A program made the translations under genes and the position numbers. The notes under the pieces are model-generated. The model was not told the DNA's origin. It ran no database searches and saw nothing but the letters and a program-made list of their open reading frames with translations. DNA of 64,000 nucleotides from a virus, in the IMG/VR virus record IMGVR_UViG_3300042890_006166, positions 32,001-96,000 of that record, one strand, 5' to 3'. Shown here piece after piece: positions 1-8,599 of the stretch (its first letter is position 1; each line of letters starts with the position of its first letter).

Positions 1-1
1 T

Positions 2-85
2 CTTGCAGGAATTTATAAATCTTTATCTGGACCACTTCGAATTGCCAATGATATGCCATTTAGGCCCGGTTCAAATGTTATTTAA
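2..85 (+). CDS. 3' end of an upstream gene (partial)
   Basis: Open frame from base 2 (LAGIYKSLSGPLRIANDMPFRPGSNVI) to TAA at 83-85, then an A/T-rich intergenic region; same strand as the downstream genes. Confidence 0.35.
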   Translation, partial: LAGIYKSLSGPLRIANDMPFRPGSNVI

Positions 86-126
86 AAAAAATTCCTTTTT
101 AATTTTTTTCCAACATCATTAAAGGG

Positions 127-134
127 TATATTTG
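127..134 (+). promoter_or_regulatory. Putative Bacteroidota housekeeping-sigma -7 element (TAnnTTTG), candidate early promoter
   Basis: TATATTTG 22 nt upstream of the dCMP deaminase/ECF sigma operon matches the Bacteroidota TAnnTTTG consensus; no clear -33 TTTG element. Confidence 0.4.
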
Positions 135-156
135 AACTCTTCAAACCAGTTTCCTT

Positions 157-735
157 ATGAGCACACAGAAATTTAAATTCAAAGAAGTACCTACATCCGA
201 TTTCTTCAAAGATTTGACTATATATGAAGAATTTTCATGGGTGGCAAATCCTAAATCAGAAAATGTTTTTGTTTTCAGTGAAATTGAAAATTTAAAAGAC
301 GAAACCTTTTATAAGCCAAAAGATATTAAAACTGACCCAGTCTATTTGTCTATGGCTGAAATCTGGGCACAAAATTCATATTGCAGAAGAATGAAGGTAG
401 GAAGCCTGATTGTCAAAGATAAATCCATAATAGCCGATGGATATAATGGTTCACCTACTGGATTTCCTAATGAATGTGAAGATGAGGATTTTGTCACTTT
501 AAACTATGTTCTACATGCCGAAGCAAATGCAATCACCAAACTTGCCAAGAGTACACAAAGTTCCGAGGGATCAACTATGTATGTAACAGTTTCTCCTTGT
601 TTTGAATGTTCTAAGTTGATTATTCAGTCAGGGATTAAAAGAATAGTTTTTGGCAAGGTCTATAGAAAACCAGAGCCTCTGTCTTTCTTATTAGAGGCAG
701 GTATTGAAATTATAAAATTGGGAAAAAAAATCTAG
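157..735 (+). CDS. dCMP deaminase
   Basis: Zn-deaminase motifs HAEANA and PCFECSK, plus SYCRRMKVG and GYNG; about 55-aa N-terminal extension. Confidence 0.9.
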   Translation: MSTQKFKFKEVPTSDFFKDLTIYEEFSWVANPKSENVFVFSEIENLKDETFYKPKDIKTDPVYLSMAEIWAQNSYCRRMKVGSLIVKDKSIIADGYNGSPTGFPNECEDEDFVTLNYVLHAEANAITKLAKSTQSSEGSTMYVTVSPCFECSKLIIQSGIKRIVFGKVYRKPEPLSFLLEAGIEIIKLGKKI

Positions 736-746
736 AGAATTAAAAA

Positions 747-1364
747 ATGGCAAAGGAGAAAAACATTCAAGTATTAGCAGAAAATTTTATACATGGTAAA
801 GATGACACGTCTTTTAAATTTTTATTTGAAAGGCTTAAACCCGGAGTCTTAAACCACTGTTTCACTATCCTCAACGACATGGAATTAGCAGAGGATGCTT
901 TTTTAAATTCCATGGCCAAGGTCTGGCAAAAAATAGACCAATATGATTCAGAAAAAGGAAATTTTTCCACCTGGTGCTACAACATAGCTAAAAATGAATC
1001 TTTGCTTTTACAAAAAAGTAGGAAAAGACTTATAACAAAAACCACAGAAGAAATCGAATTAGATTCAACTAAAATGGATTCAGACTCTGTGGTTTATTCG
1101 GTGGAAGAAGATCCCATTTGGAGTTTTTTAGCAGGTGGATCAGATATTGATGAAGTTTATGAGCAGGTTGTAGATGAAATTAGGGACCTTCCTGAACTTT
1201 ATCGAGACATCATGATTGACCGAGAGATCTATGGTATGAAGTACAAAGACATAGCCGACAAGTATGGAATTAAGAAGAGATCTATTGCTACGAGAATCAG
1301 AAGGGCCAGAACAAAAATTCGAAAGAAAATTGAGACCTTGACAAAAAAAAATTCTAAGAAATGA
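747..1364 (+). CDS. ECF-type sigma-70 factor
   Basis: Region 2 (LAEDAFLNSMAKVWQKIDQYD..KGNFSTWCYNIAKN) and region 4 HTH (LPELYRDIMIDREIYGMKYKDIADKYGI..SIATRIRRAR). Confidence 0.9.
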   Translation: MAKEKNIQVLAENFIHGKDDTSFKFLFERLKPGVLNHCFTILNDMELAEDAFLNSMAKVWQKIDQYDSEKGNFSTWCYNIAKNESLLLQKSRKRLITKTTEEIELDSTKMDSDSVVYSVEEDPIWSFLAGGSDIDEVYEQVVDEIRDLPELYRDIMIDREIYGMKYKDIADKYGIKKRSIATRIRRARTKIRKKIETLTKKNSKK

Positions 1365-1843
1365 TTGACTTTCTAGGCAGAATAATAGTTACCCTTAGAT
1401 TATGGGGTGTCCTAAAGGACTTGAAATTATATTCAGACTACCTTACAGTTATAAAAAAAGAATCACTAAGTTCTCCTCAATGGAGCAAATTAAGATTAAG
1501 AAAAGATTGGTTCGGTAGAATTTATACCGTCGTGAATCTTCCTCCTGAAGTTACACAATCTAGGGATTTTCCTGATGATGCAAGACCAGCTTTTGTCTTT
1601 GAAGAAATCAGGCCCATCAACGAATATCTAACCCGTTTGAATTTGCACGAATTGATCGCACCTTTTCTCAAACCACTAAAAGAAACTAGGGGTGATTCAT
1701 TTTTAGTTGTTTATTATTTTGTCTATCGGGAATTAAGTTGGATTTGGTTGCTCAGATTCTGTTTAGAAATGGTAGCTCTTAGTTATGTTGTTAGGTATTG
1801 GGAACAGATTATGCAATTCATAAATTCGTTTATATCGTGGTAA
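1361..1843 (+). CDS. Hypothetical protein with C-terminal hydrophobic segments
   Basis: 160-aa ORF coupled to the sigma gene by an ATGA-type overlap; hydrophobic FLVVYYFVY and LSWIWLLRFCLEMVALSYVV. Confidence 0.6.
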   Translation: MIDFLGRIIVTLRLWGVLKDLKLYSDYLTVIKKESLSSPQWSKLRLRKDWFGRIYTVVNLPPEVTQSRDFPDDARPAFVFEEIRPINEYLTRLNLHELIAPFLKPLKETRGDSFLVVYYFVYRELSWIWLLRFCLEMVALSYVVRYWEQIMQFINSFISW

Positions 1844-2637
1844 ATTGGGATGAAGTAATAGCTGATTACCAAAAAAAATTGGATTTTTTTAAAGATCCAT
1901 ATTTTATTTTCGAAGAAAATAGTCATTCTTATTCTTACCAGGGGATAACATACGATTCGGTTACAACCTTCCTTCGGAAATTTAAAATTCCTTTTGATCG
2001 AAATTATTGGATCAAAAGAAAAGCTGCAGAGGCGGGAGTAGACCCTTCTGTGATAGAAAACGATTGGACCCAGAAAGCTGTTACCGCTGCTTCATTAGGG
2101 ACACGTGTTCATAAATGGATAGAGGACTTTTGGTCTGGAGAAAATCCAGAGATGCCAGAGAAAGAGGAAGACATCCAAAGGGTAAATTCTTTCTTGAATT
2201 TATACGAATCCCGTTTGAAAAAATTAAAGCCACTAAAATCAGAGTTAAAGATTTTTTCTAAAAAATGGAAATTAGCTGGAACTATTGACCAACCATTTTT
2301 GATGTGGGACGAAAAACAAAGTAAAATCCTTTTTCTTGTTGGTGACTGGAAAACCAATAAAGATTTTAAAGACGACGGCCATCCTAAAGGCAGATATAAG
2401 AAATTACTTCATCCTTTTGCCGATCTCTATGAAAACTCGCACAACGAATATTCAATTCAAATCAGTTTATATCGTTTGATTTTAGAGGAAGAACTGGGAA
2501 TAGATACACATGGTGGTTTTTTGGTTCACCTAGGACCAGAAGGAACATCCAAAATTTACCCAGTAAAAGACCTAAGAGAAAGACTAAAAATTTATCTACA
2601 ACAAAATCGCGAAGATTTTGATGTTTTTAAAGTCTAA
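1837..2637 (+). CDS. PD-(D/E)XK exonuclease (Cas4/RecB/lambda-exo-like)
   Basis: GTRVH, ELKIF..AGTID, LVGDWKT and Y.IQISLY motifs; likely GTG start at 1837 rather than 1798. Confidence 0.8.
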   Translation: MVNWDEVIADYQKKLDFFKDPYFIFEENSHSYSYQGITYDSVTTFLRKFKIPFDRNYWIKRKAAEAGVDPSVIENDWTQKAVTAASLGTRVHKWIEDFWSGENPEMPEKEEDIQRVNSFLNLYESRLKKLKPLKSELKIFSKKWKLAGTIDQPFLMWDEKQSKILFLVGDWKTNKDFKDDGHPKGRYKKLLHPFADLYENSHNEYSIQISLYRLILEEELGIDTHGGFLVHLGPEGTSKIYPVKDLRERLKIYLQQNREDFDVFKV

Positions 2638-2643
2638 ATTTTT

Positions 2644-2670
2644 GAAACAAAAATTTTATTCTCTGTAAAA
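2644..2670 (+). promoter_or_regulatory. Putative middle (ECF-type) promoter GAAAC-N17-TAAAA
   Basis: Intergenic GAAAC, T-rich 17-nt spacer, then TAAAA; the same layout recurs at 8543, 15702, 20255, 34008, 37136 and 39980. Confidence 0.45.
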
Positions 2671-2684
2671 ATATTAAAAAAATC

Positions 2685-3209
2685 ATGGCAAAAACAACAA
2701 CGGGAAAAAAAACCTCTTCTAAATCACCTCTTATTATCGAAGAAGTAAAAGGGGATGAAATAGATCAAATTGTAGATCATCTGGATCAAGACAGAATCCA
2801 AGCGTGTGAAAAAAGACTACAAGAAGCTAAAGAAAGCTTGGGTCAAAAAGTATATGCAGTCAAATTCGAAAAGAAAGAAGACGTTGAAAACTTCTTCAAT
2901 TTCGTAGAAAACGAAGCTGAATGGAGAGAAAAAGAAGCTTTGGGAGTTATTGAAATCTGTAGAATTATTGATACAATCAAAAAAGATGGTATCAAACAAA
3001 ATACCATTTTTATGCAGGCTCTTCCCCTGGAAGCTAGTCATTATTTTCTTTCTAAGACATCAGGTAAAGGATTGAAGGAAGCTAAAAAATTTATTTCTAT
3101 CTTGAAGCCTTTTGGCTTAGCATTAGAAATGGCAAAACAAGACTCGGCTAAAATTGGGGAGCTAGAAAAAGAATTGGCAGCAGCCCAACAAGGTTTGGAG
3201 CTTGCCTAA
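2685..3209 (+). CDS. Hypothetical helical/coiled-coil protein
   Basis: 174-aa ORF with A-rich leader and its own terminator. Confidence 0.7.
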   Translation: MAKTTTGKKTSSKSPLIIEEVKGDEIDQIVDHLDQDRIQACEKRLQEAKESLGQKVYAVKFEKKEDVENFFNFVENEAEWREKEALGVIEICRIIDTIKKDGIKQNTIFMQALPLEASHYFLSKTSGKGLKEAKKFISILKPFGLALEMAKQDSAKIGELEKELAAAQQGLELA

Positions 3210-3231
3210 CATTTTCTAAGTTAAACACACT

Positions 3232-3264
3232 AAAAGATTTTGGGAAACCAAAATCTTTTTTTTT
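3232..3264 (+). terminator. Rho-independent terminator
   Basis: Perfect 12-bp stem AAAAGATTTTGG/CCAAAATCTTTT, GAAA loop, followed by a T-tract. Confidence 0.85.
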
Positions 3265-3337
3265 GTCATAATTTTTAGAAATTTGTCTTTATCACATCTC
3301 CGTTTCGAAATCGTACGAAGAACAAATTATGGTTGGA

Positions 3338-3345
3338 GATATATA
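3338..3345 (+). promoter_or_regulatory. Putative late promoter GATATATA
   Basis: 8-mer recurring shortly upstream of many gene starts; analogous to T4 late TATAAATA. Confidence 0.7.
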
Positions 3346-3364
3346 CTAAAATAAACTTAATCTC

Positions 3365-3643
3365 ATGTTACAAAAAATCAAAACAAATTTCGAAGTTATT
3401 CTTCTGTGTTTATTTCTAGGACTTTTTATGAAACAGTGTGGAATGGGCAGAGATCTAGAAAGAATAAAAAAGGAAAATTCCAAAATTTCGGTGAAGATGG
3501 ATTCTCTTGTCACTAAAAAAGACCTGATTATAGAGGGTTTAAAAGCAGAAAAAAGAATGATCCAATCGACAGATAGAAAAATGATTGATGTCACACGACA
3601 GTCTGTTCTTGATCAAGAAATTGAAAATTTAGAATCCAAATGA
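3365..3643 (+). CDS. Small membrane-anchored coiled-coil protein
   Basis: N-terminal TM (VILLCLFLGLFM) followed by a heptad-rich region. Confidence 0.65.
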   Translation: MLQKIKTNFEVILLCLFLGLFMKQCGMGRDLERIKKENSKISVKMDSLVTKKDLIIEGLKAEKRMIQSTDRKMIDVTRQSVLDQEIENLESK

Positions 3644-4422
3644 ACAAGAATTTACATTGGTTTATAATTTCCACATTTGTCTCTTTGTATTTGGTAGTTA
3701 GTATCATTTCTACTATTCACGTAATTGATTTTTTTAAACTTTCAAATCCAGATTGGCTAGCCATTTTCCTCGCCATTTCGTTTGAGATAGGAGCAGCTGC
3801 TTCTTTGGCGTCTTTGATAGTTCTGAAAAAAATGAACAAGACTTTGGTGTGGCTTTTATTTTTTGTTTTAACTGCTATGCAAGGCATGGGAAATACATAT
3901 TATGCCTTCATTAATCTTGAAAATTTCGAAGCTTGGAGCCAACTTTTTGGACTGGAAGAAGAAGAACTAATTTATCAAAAAAGAATACTTAGTATTATTT
4001 CTGGAGCAATTCTTCCTTTGGTATCATTAGGATTTATTAAATCTCTTGTGGATTATATTAAACCAGAAGAATCTGTGAAATCTGAAGAAATTAAACCAGA
4101 GATAGCAAAAGAAGAAAACAACGAACGTCCTGAAGATCAAATGAATGTTGAACCAGAAGAAAATAAAAAAACTACCGAGGACACAATTATTGACGGGGGT
4201 TTGCCAACTCCGGAAGTGCAGCCACAACAAGATCCTGAAGTTTTCCTGACATCTACTGAATTAATTTCAAATCAAGAAATTCCGGAGAATGTCGTTGAAG
4301 AATTTAAAGAATCGAGCGTAGAATTGGGAAAAGTTGAAACTGTCGAAATGCTAAATTCTAATGCAAACAAACAAAGAATCATAGACCGACCTTCACCACA
4401 GGTTGATCCAACTAGATTATAA
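3640..4422 (+). CDS. Multi-pass membrane protein with acidic C-terminal tail
   Basis: About 4 hydrophobic helices in the N-terminal 135 aa, then an E/P-rich low-complexity tail. Confidence 0.7.
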   Translation: MNKNLHWFIISTFVSLYLVVSIISTIHVIDFFKLSNPDWLAIFLAISFEIGAAASLASLIVLKKMNKTLVWLLFFVLTAMQGMGNTYYAFINLENFEAWSQLFGLEEEELIYQKRILSIISGAILPLVSLGFIKSLVDYIKPEESVKSEEIKPEIAKEENNERPEDQMNVEPEENKKTTEDTIIDGGLPTPEVQPQQDPEVFLTSTELISNQEIPENVVEEFKESSVELGKVETVEMLNSNANKQRIIDRPSPQVDPTRL

Positions 4423-4424
4423 AA

Positions 4425-5102
4425 ATGTTTAACGAAAGCAATTCTATAACAGGCGGAGATTTAGATATCTATGGCGGTAGCTCTTCAGCAGTTACCGGGG
4501 GAACTTATTTTGGTGAAGGATCCTCCCAAGTAGGATTAGATCCTGGTCCTTCTGCCAATTTTGATACTAGGTACACTCTGATTGCTTTAAATCCAGGAGG
4601 TTTAGAAAGGGTCAATCTGACATTTTCGAACTTCAACGATCCAAAAAATATTAGGTTTTACAATACCTCAATGAATGTTGCTTGGCAGGATGTTACCGAA
4701 CAAAAATTAGATTTGGTTGATTTTTTCTATCCTGTTCGAGATTTCTCTGGATACCAACAACAGACCTTTGTAATAGCTCCTTATACATCGGTTAATCTAG
4801 ATCAAGGAGATTTCGACACTACTTTAGGAGAAATCGGTTTGTTTATGGCAAGAGCACAATTTTATGCAGATGCAACACCAGACCAAAGAATGCTTTATTG
4901 GGAATATAAAGGTTCTAGATACATCATGGCAGATTTTATGATGCTAACTGGACAGGTAAAAAATGGCCAAATTTGGAAGGGATGGCAAACCAGCAATGAT
5001 GTTTCTTCTGAAGTTGGTTATACTGGAGCAGCTACTGGAGGTTTTGTTTTTTCAAATCCAACCGAGTATAATGTAAAATTAACGGTTTTAACCGCAAGCT
5101 AA
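4425..5102 (+). CDS. Hypothetical beta-rich virion protein (paralog of 5104..5646)
   Basis: Late operon; shares YW.Y.G..Y...(D/E).M.L.G...GW...GG..F.NP....VKL.VL.A with the next ORF. Confidence 0.65.
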   Translation: MFNESNSITGGDLDIYGGSSSAVTGGTYFGEGSSQVGLDPGPSANFDTRYTLIALNPGGLERVNLTFSNFNDPKNIRFYNTSMNVAWQDVTEQKLDLVDFFYPVRDFSGYQQQTFVIAPYTSVNLDQGDFDTTLGEIGLFMARAQFYADATPDQRMLYWEYKGSRYIMADFMMLTGQVKNGQIWKGWQTSNDVSSEVGYTGAATGGFVFSNPTEYNVKLTVLTAS

Positions 5103-5103
5103 A

Positions 5104-5646
5104 ATGGCAACCAGACCTATCCTTTGTCCTCCTATTCCACCTAACGGTTGGGTTTTCTTTAAAAATCAATTTGTGTTGGAAGAAGATTTTAACTACACAA
5201 CCTTTTTTAACTTTAAAGATTTAGCGTTTGTTGTTCAAGATTATTCTAGATTGATGATCACACTGAAAAGAACTAAATCTATTAAGCTAAGTCAAACCGA
5301 CATTGGAACGGAGGGTTTTGTACGTTGGATAGCAGTTAAGGTTCAATACCCTGCTCCAAAAAATCCGATATTGTTTGCTTCGCAAACCCCAATTATTCCA
5401 GGAGTTCCTACACCTAAGAACGGAACTCCACAAATCCAAAAATACATTCACTGGAGTTATCAAGGTAAAACTTACAACCTAGGGGAACTTATGGTACTAA
5501 GTGGTAACCCTCTTGGATCTACTGATTCTGATGTAACTGGGTGGAATTTAAGCGAATATGATTTACTTTATTCGGGTGGCGGAATCACTTTTACCAACCC
5601 TCATCCCGACTTCGATGTGAAACTACAAGTTCTGGTAGCTAAATAA
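5104..5646 (+). CDS. Hypothetical beta-rich virion protein (paralog of 4425..5102)
   Basis: Same C-terminal motif set as the preceding ORF. Confidence 0.65.
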   Translation: MATRPILCPPIPPNGWVFFKNQFVLEEDFNYTTFFNFKDLAFVVQDYSRLMITLKRTKSIKLSQTDIGTEGFVRWIAVKVQYPAPKNPILFASQTPIIPGVPTPKNGTPQIQKYIHWSYQGKTYNLGELMVLSGNPLGSTDSDVTGWNLSEYDLLYSGGGITFTNPHPDFDVKLQVLVAK

Positions 5647-5674
5647 AAAAATTCAGAAAACGAAAGTTCTGAAT

Positions 5675-5682
5675 GATATATA
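5675..5682 (+). promoter_or_regulatory. Putative late promoter GATATATA
   Basis: Intergenic, 24 nt before the ATG at 5707. Confidence 0.7.
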
Positions 5683-5706
5683 GTACGTAAAAAAATTCAA
5701 AAGAAA

Positions 5707-8373
5707 ATGGATTTACTGAATAAACTCAAAACCCTAAGAAATACAACTACTTCTCCAGAAGTTAAAGCTATCTGTGAATCAAACATTCAAAAGATAGAAA
5801 AAGGAGACCCTAATATCAATTCCGATTCGATCATGGAGTCCATCCAAAATTTCGAACGTGTTGATACACCATCGCAAGATCCCTTTCAACTTATGAGAGA
5901 ACAGGAATTGACTAGATCCAAAAACGCCGCAAATAGATTGATGGAATCATGGGGTGGTGTTGGGAATGGTCTATCCAAAAACTCAGGAAGCTATGTAGAG
6001 AGTGAAAAAGAACAAACATCAAAAGTGGACTATACTAGCTTGAATGAGAATTTGTCTGCTCTTGCTTCGCAGGACAAAGGTGTAGAAGCTTTTATGAAGT
6101 CAGAAGAAGTAAATAATCTGGGTGTTTTTGAAGGAATTAATACAATTCGGAATTCTGGTATTTTCGAACATCCTTCCATCAAAATTATTTGTGAAAAATA
6201 TTATCATTTGCTGAAAAGCAAAAATATGCCAGAATTCCTGGTAGCAGAAGGATTTCTTCAAGAAATGAAAAATTTTGATTGGGATGAAAGAGTACAAGAA
6301 ATAACAGAATCATTAAGCGAAAAGCTAACGGATCTCAGACCTGAAATCGAAGTTTCTAAAGCTTTGTATACCATTTCAAGTAATGCAGGTTCTGATTTTT
6401 ATTCTCCTGTAACCGAATCCCTGAACAAGTGGCTGGTGTCTGAAAATAAATCAATATCTCTTCTAACAAAAGATATTTCAAGATGGCAATTTAATCCTAT
6501 TGTTAGAAACTTGTTGAACAATCTTTCCCTGATGGAACAAGATTCTTCCAAGCTAAATATTCCGATCCATGCTGGTAATTCTTCAGTCCGTAGAGTTTTC
6601 TCTCCTGTTCTTGTAGAAGGAGGTAAAACCATTTTCACCATTGGGTCAAATGTTTTTGAAGGATCAAGCCAAGGATTGAAGAAACTAAATCGTGGGCAGG
6701 TAGCTGTTCTCCCAAAAAATTTCATTTCAGTTTTAGAATCTTTTTATGCTCCATATGTAAAGGTCGATGAGAATGGTTTAAATGTTTTTGTTGGTAAACA
6801 CAAATTTTCTTTAATTGAAGAAGGAGAAAGCGTATCAATTCTATTCAACGGAAAATCAATGAAATTCCAAGATAAAGTGAACCTTTCAAAGGCAATTGGA
6901 TTAGAAATTTCCGGATCTTTGGGTATGAACGAAAACAAAATTGTTTATGACATTTTGAATTTGTATGAGAACTTCCTTTCGATTGTTGAACTTGATTTTG
7001 CAAAAAGAATTGAATCCAAAGTTTATGAAGGTGCTTCAGTAAACCTCATTAAATGGGAAAATAAAATATTCCTTAACAGAATTAACGAATCTATGTCAGA
7101 TAATTCTGTTTTTGAAGTTAATGGAACACAGGCAACAAACATGGTAAGAGAATTCTTGAAATATGATATTTCAGAGGGTTTAACTGAATTTTTGGATGGT
7201 GAATCTAGAATCAAATCTATCATGCTAAACGACAGAAAGAGGTTGATGGAAAATATTACAGTTCTAGAAGGACAGCTTCAAAAAGTTGAATCGCAAATGG
7301 GTTTAAATCCTTTGTTTGCAAATTCACCTGAACTTCAAAGGGCTCAGAATTTATTGGAAAGAGAACTTTCCTCTTTGCGCAAAAAGTGGTCAGCAGTGAA
7401 CACAGAGCTTCAAAAAATTGAAAATGAACCTTTGTCTTTTGAGGAAGTGTACGAGGATGATAAATTTAACGTCGGAGAATATGTTAAGGTTTTGGAATCT
7501 GGAAACACAGGTAAAATTATTTCTATTGATTCTACATCCGGTTCTTATACGGTATTGATGGACAACGGTAGGACCGGAGATTTTAAAATCGATGAAATTA
7601 TCAATCTGGACGATGCATTATCCACTGCAGGTGATGAAAATGAAGTCGAGGCAGAAACACAAGAGGAATTGAAAGAAGCTTCTCAGCAATTGGCTACAGC
7701 TCCCGGTAAATCTGCAAAGGAAAAGAAAGATGCAACTCCAGGCAACACGATGAGAAAAAATACAGAAGCTGCACCTAAAGGAAAAGACAATAACAAAGGT
7801 GGACAAAAAGATGTAGAGAATTTGAAAGATGCTAATTTAGAGGAGGCACCAGAAGGAAAAGAAACACACACCAAATACAAGGCAACTAAAGGTGCTGGGT
7901 ATAATTTGTCGGAAGACACACGTTTCAGCAAATCTGATGTTAAACTTATGAAGCTTTCAGAAACTCCTGGTTCTGAAGAAGGCGATGCAGATTATGAAGT
8001 CAAGGGAATTCGATACAAATCTAAAAACCCTCAGGTCATGAAAACAGATCCTAATTTTGCTTCTGCTCCAGGAAGTGAAAAAGGGAAAGAGCTCCACTAC
8101 AAAGTAGATGATGAGATGGGTTATAATGTGGATGAAAAAACAGAGCTCGAAAAAACAAATCAAAATTTGGCAGTTGCCCCAGGTAAATCCGAAGGAGATG
8201 CTGGATATGGGGTAAAAACTATCAAGGGTAAAGCACATAGTCCACAGGTAATGAAAACTGATCCAAATTTCGCGGTAGCTCCCTCTAAGGGCTCCGAGGG
8301 AAGGATAGGTTATAAGTCCAATCCTGAAATGGGTTACAATATCGACGAAAGCGAGGAGTCAAAAAAAAACTAA
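5707..8373 (+). CDS. Large putative prohead core/internal head protein (coiled coil, SH3/KOW-like domain, C-terminal repeats)
   Basis: Late promoter, upstream of head genes; many (L/I)xE sites; coiled coil near aa 500-575; FNVGEYVKV..GNTGKIISID...YTV SH3/KOW-like segment; APG(K/S)- and GYN-containing repeats. Confidence 0.6.
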   Translation: MDLLNKLKTLRNTTTSPEVKAICESNIQKIEKGDPNINSDSIMESIQNFERVDTPSQDPFQLMREQELTRSKNAANRLMESWGGVGNGLSKNSGSYVESEKEQTSKVDYTSLNENLSALASQDKGVEAFMKSEEVNNLGVFEGINTIRNSGIFEHPSIKIICEKYYHLLKSKNMPEFLVAEGFLQEMKNFDWDERVQEITESLSEKLTDLRPEIEVSKALYTISSNAGSDFYSPVTESLNKWLVSENKSISLLTKDISRWQFNPIVRNLLNNLSLMEQDSSKLNIPIHAGNSSVRRVFSPVLVEGGKTIFTIGSNVFEGSSQGLKKLNRGQVAVLPKNFISVLESFYAPYVKVDENGLNVFVGKHKFSLIEEGESVSILFNGKSMKFQDKVNLSKAIGLEISGSLGMNENKIVYDILNLYENFLSIVELDFAKRIESKVYEGASVNLIKWENKIFLNRINESMSDNSVFEVNGTQATNMVREFLKYDISEGLTEFLDGESRIKSIMLNDRKRLMENITVLEGQLQKVESQMGLNPLFANSPELQRAQNLLERELSSLRKKWSAVNTELQKIENEPLSFEEVYEDDKFNVGEYVKVLESGNTGKIISIDSTSGSYTVLMDNGRTGDFKIDEIINLDDALSTAGDENEVEAETQEELKEASQQLATAPGKSAKEKKDATPGNTMRKNTEAAPKGKDNNKGGQKDVENLKDANLEEAPEGKETHTKYKATKGAGYNLSEDTRFSKSDVKLMKLSETPGSEEGDADYEVKGIRYKSKNPQVMKTDPNFASAPGSEKGKELHYKVDDEMGYNVDEKTELEKTNQNLAVAPGKSEGDAGYGVKTIKGKAHSPQVMKTDPNFAVAPSKGSEGRIGYKSNPEMGYNIDESEESKKN
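7969..8349 (+). repeat. Intragenic tandem duplication of about 68 aa
   Basis: Two copies of EGDA.Y.VK....K...PQVMKTDPNFA.AP......YK...EMGYN(V/I)DE. Confidence 0.85.
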
Positions 8374-8540
8374 AAAAAATCCTCAGTAGGGTATGGGCTT
8401 TTGCACCATCTAGTCCAGATCAGGACAAAAAACCCGAACCTTTTGTAGATGATTATAAAAAGGGTATGAGTTTTGCACCATCTGGAAAATCTGAAGATAG
8501 TGAATTTACAGATGATTCGGCTGAGGAAAATAAGTTTTAA
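8364..8540 (+). other. Putative -1 frameshift site (A_AAA_AAC) and about 57-codon -1-frame extension of ORF 5707
   Basis: 0-frame reads TCA AAA AAA AAC TAA. The -1 frame stays open to TAA at 8538-8540 and encodes KKKLKKILSRVWAFAPSSPDQDKKPEPFVDDYKKGMSFAPSGKSEDSEFTDDSAEENKF, containing the same FAP(S/G)(G)KSE-type motif as the upstream repeats. Confidence 0.7.
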
Positions 8541-8542
8541 AT

Positions 8543-8570
8543 GAAACTAACCTCGAGGATAAAACTAAGA
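8543..8570 (+). promoter_or_regulatory. Putative middle (ECF-type) promoter GAAAC-N18-TAAGA upstream of the gp55-like gene
   Basis: Same architecture as the other GAAAC sites. Confidence 0.4.
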
Positions 8571-8599
8571 TTCTAAGTTAGCAATTTTTTTAACATTTA

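Noticed and set aside
1837-2637. Cas4-like nuclease suggesting a CRISPR-Cas system
   Set aside because: No Cas4 Fe-S cysteine cluster, no cas1/cas2 and no repeat-spacer array in the window; a stand-alone phage exonuclease is more parsimonious
3296-3340. Short inverted repeat ATCTCC...GGAGAT upstream of a late promoter
   Set aside because: Only 6 bp with a long spacer; expected by chance
5650-5674. Hairpin ATTCAG-AA-AAC-GAAA-GTT-CTGAAT before the late promoter
   Set aside because: Bulged, weak stem with no downstream T-tract on the + strand; not called as a terminator
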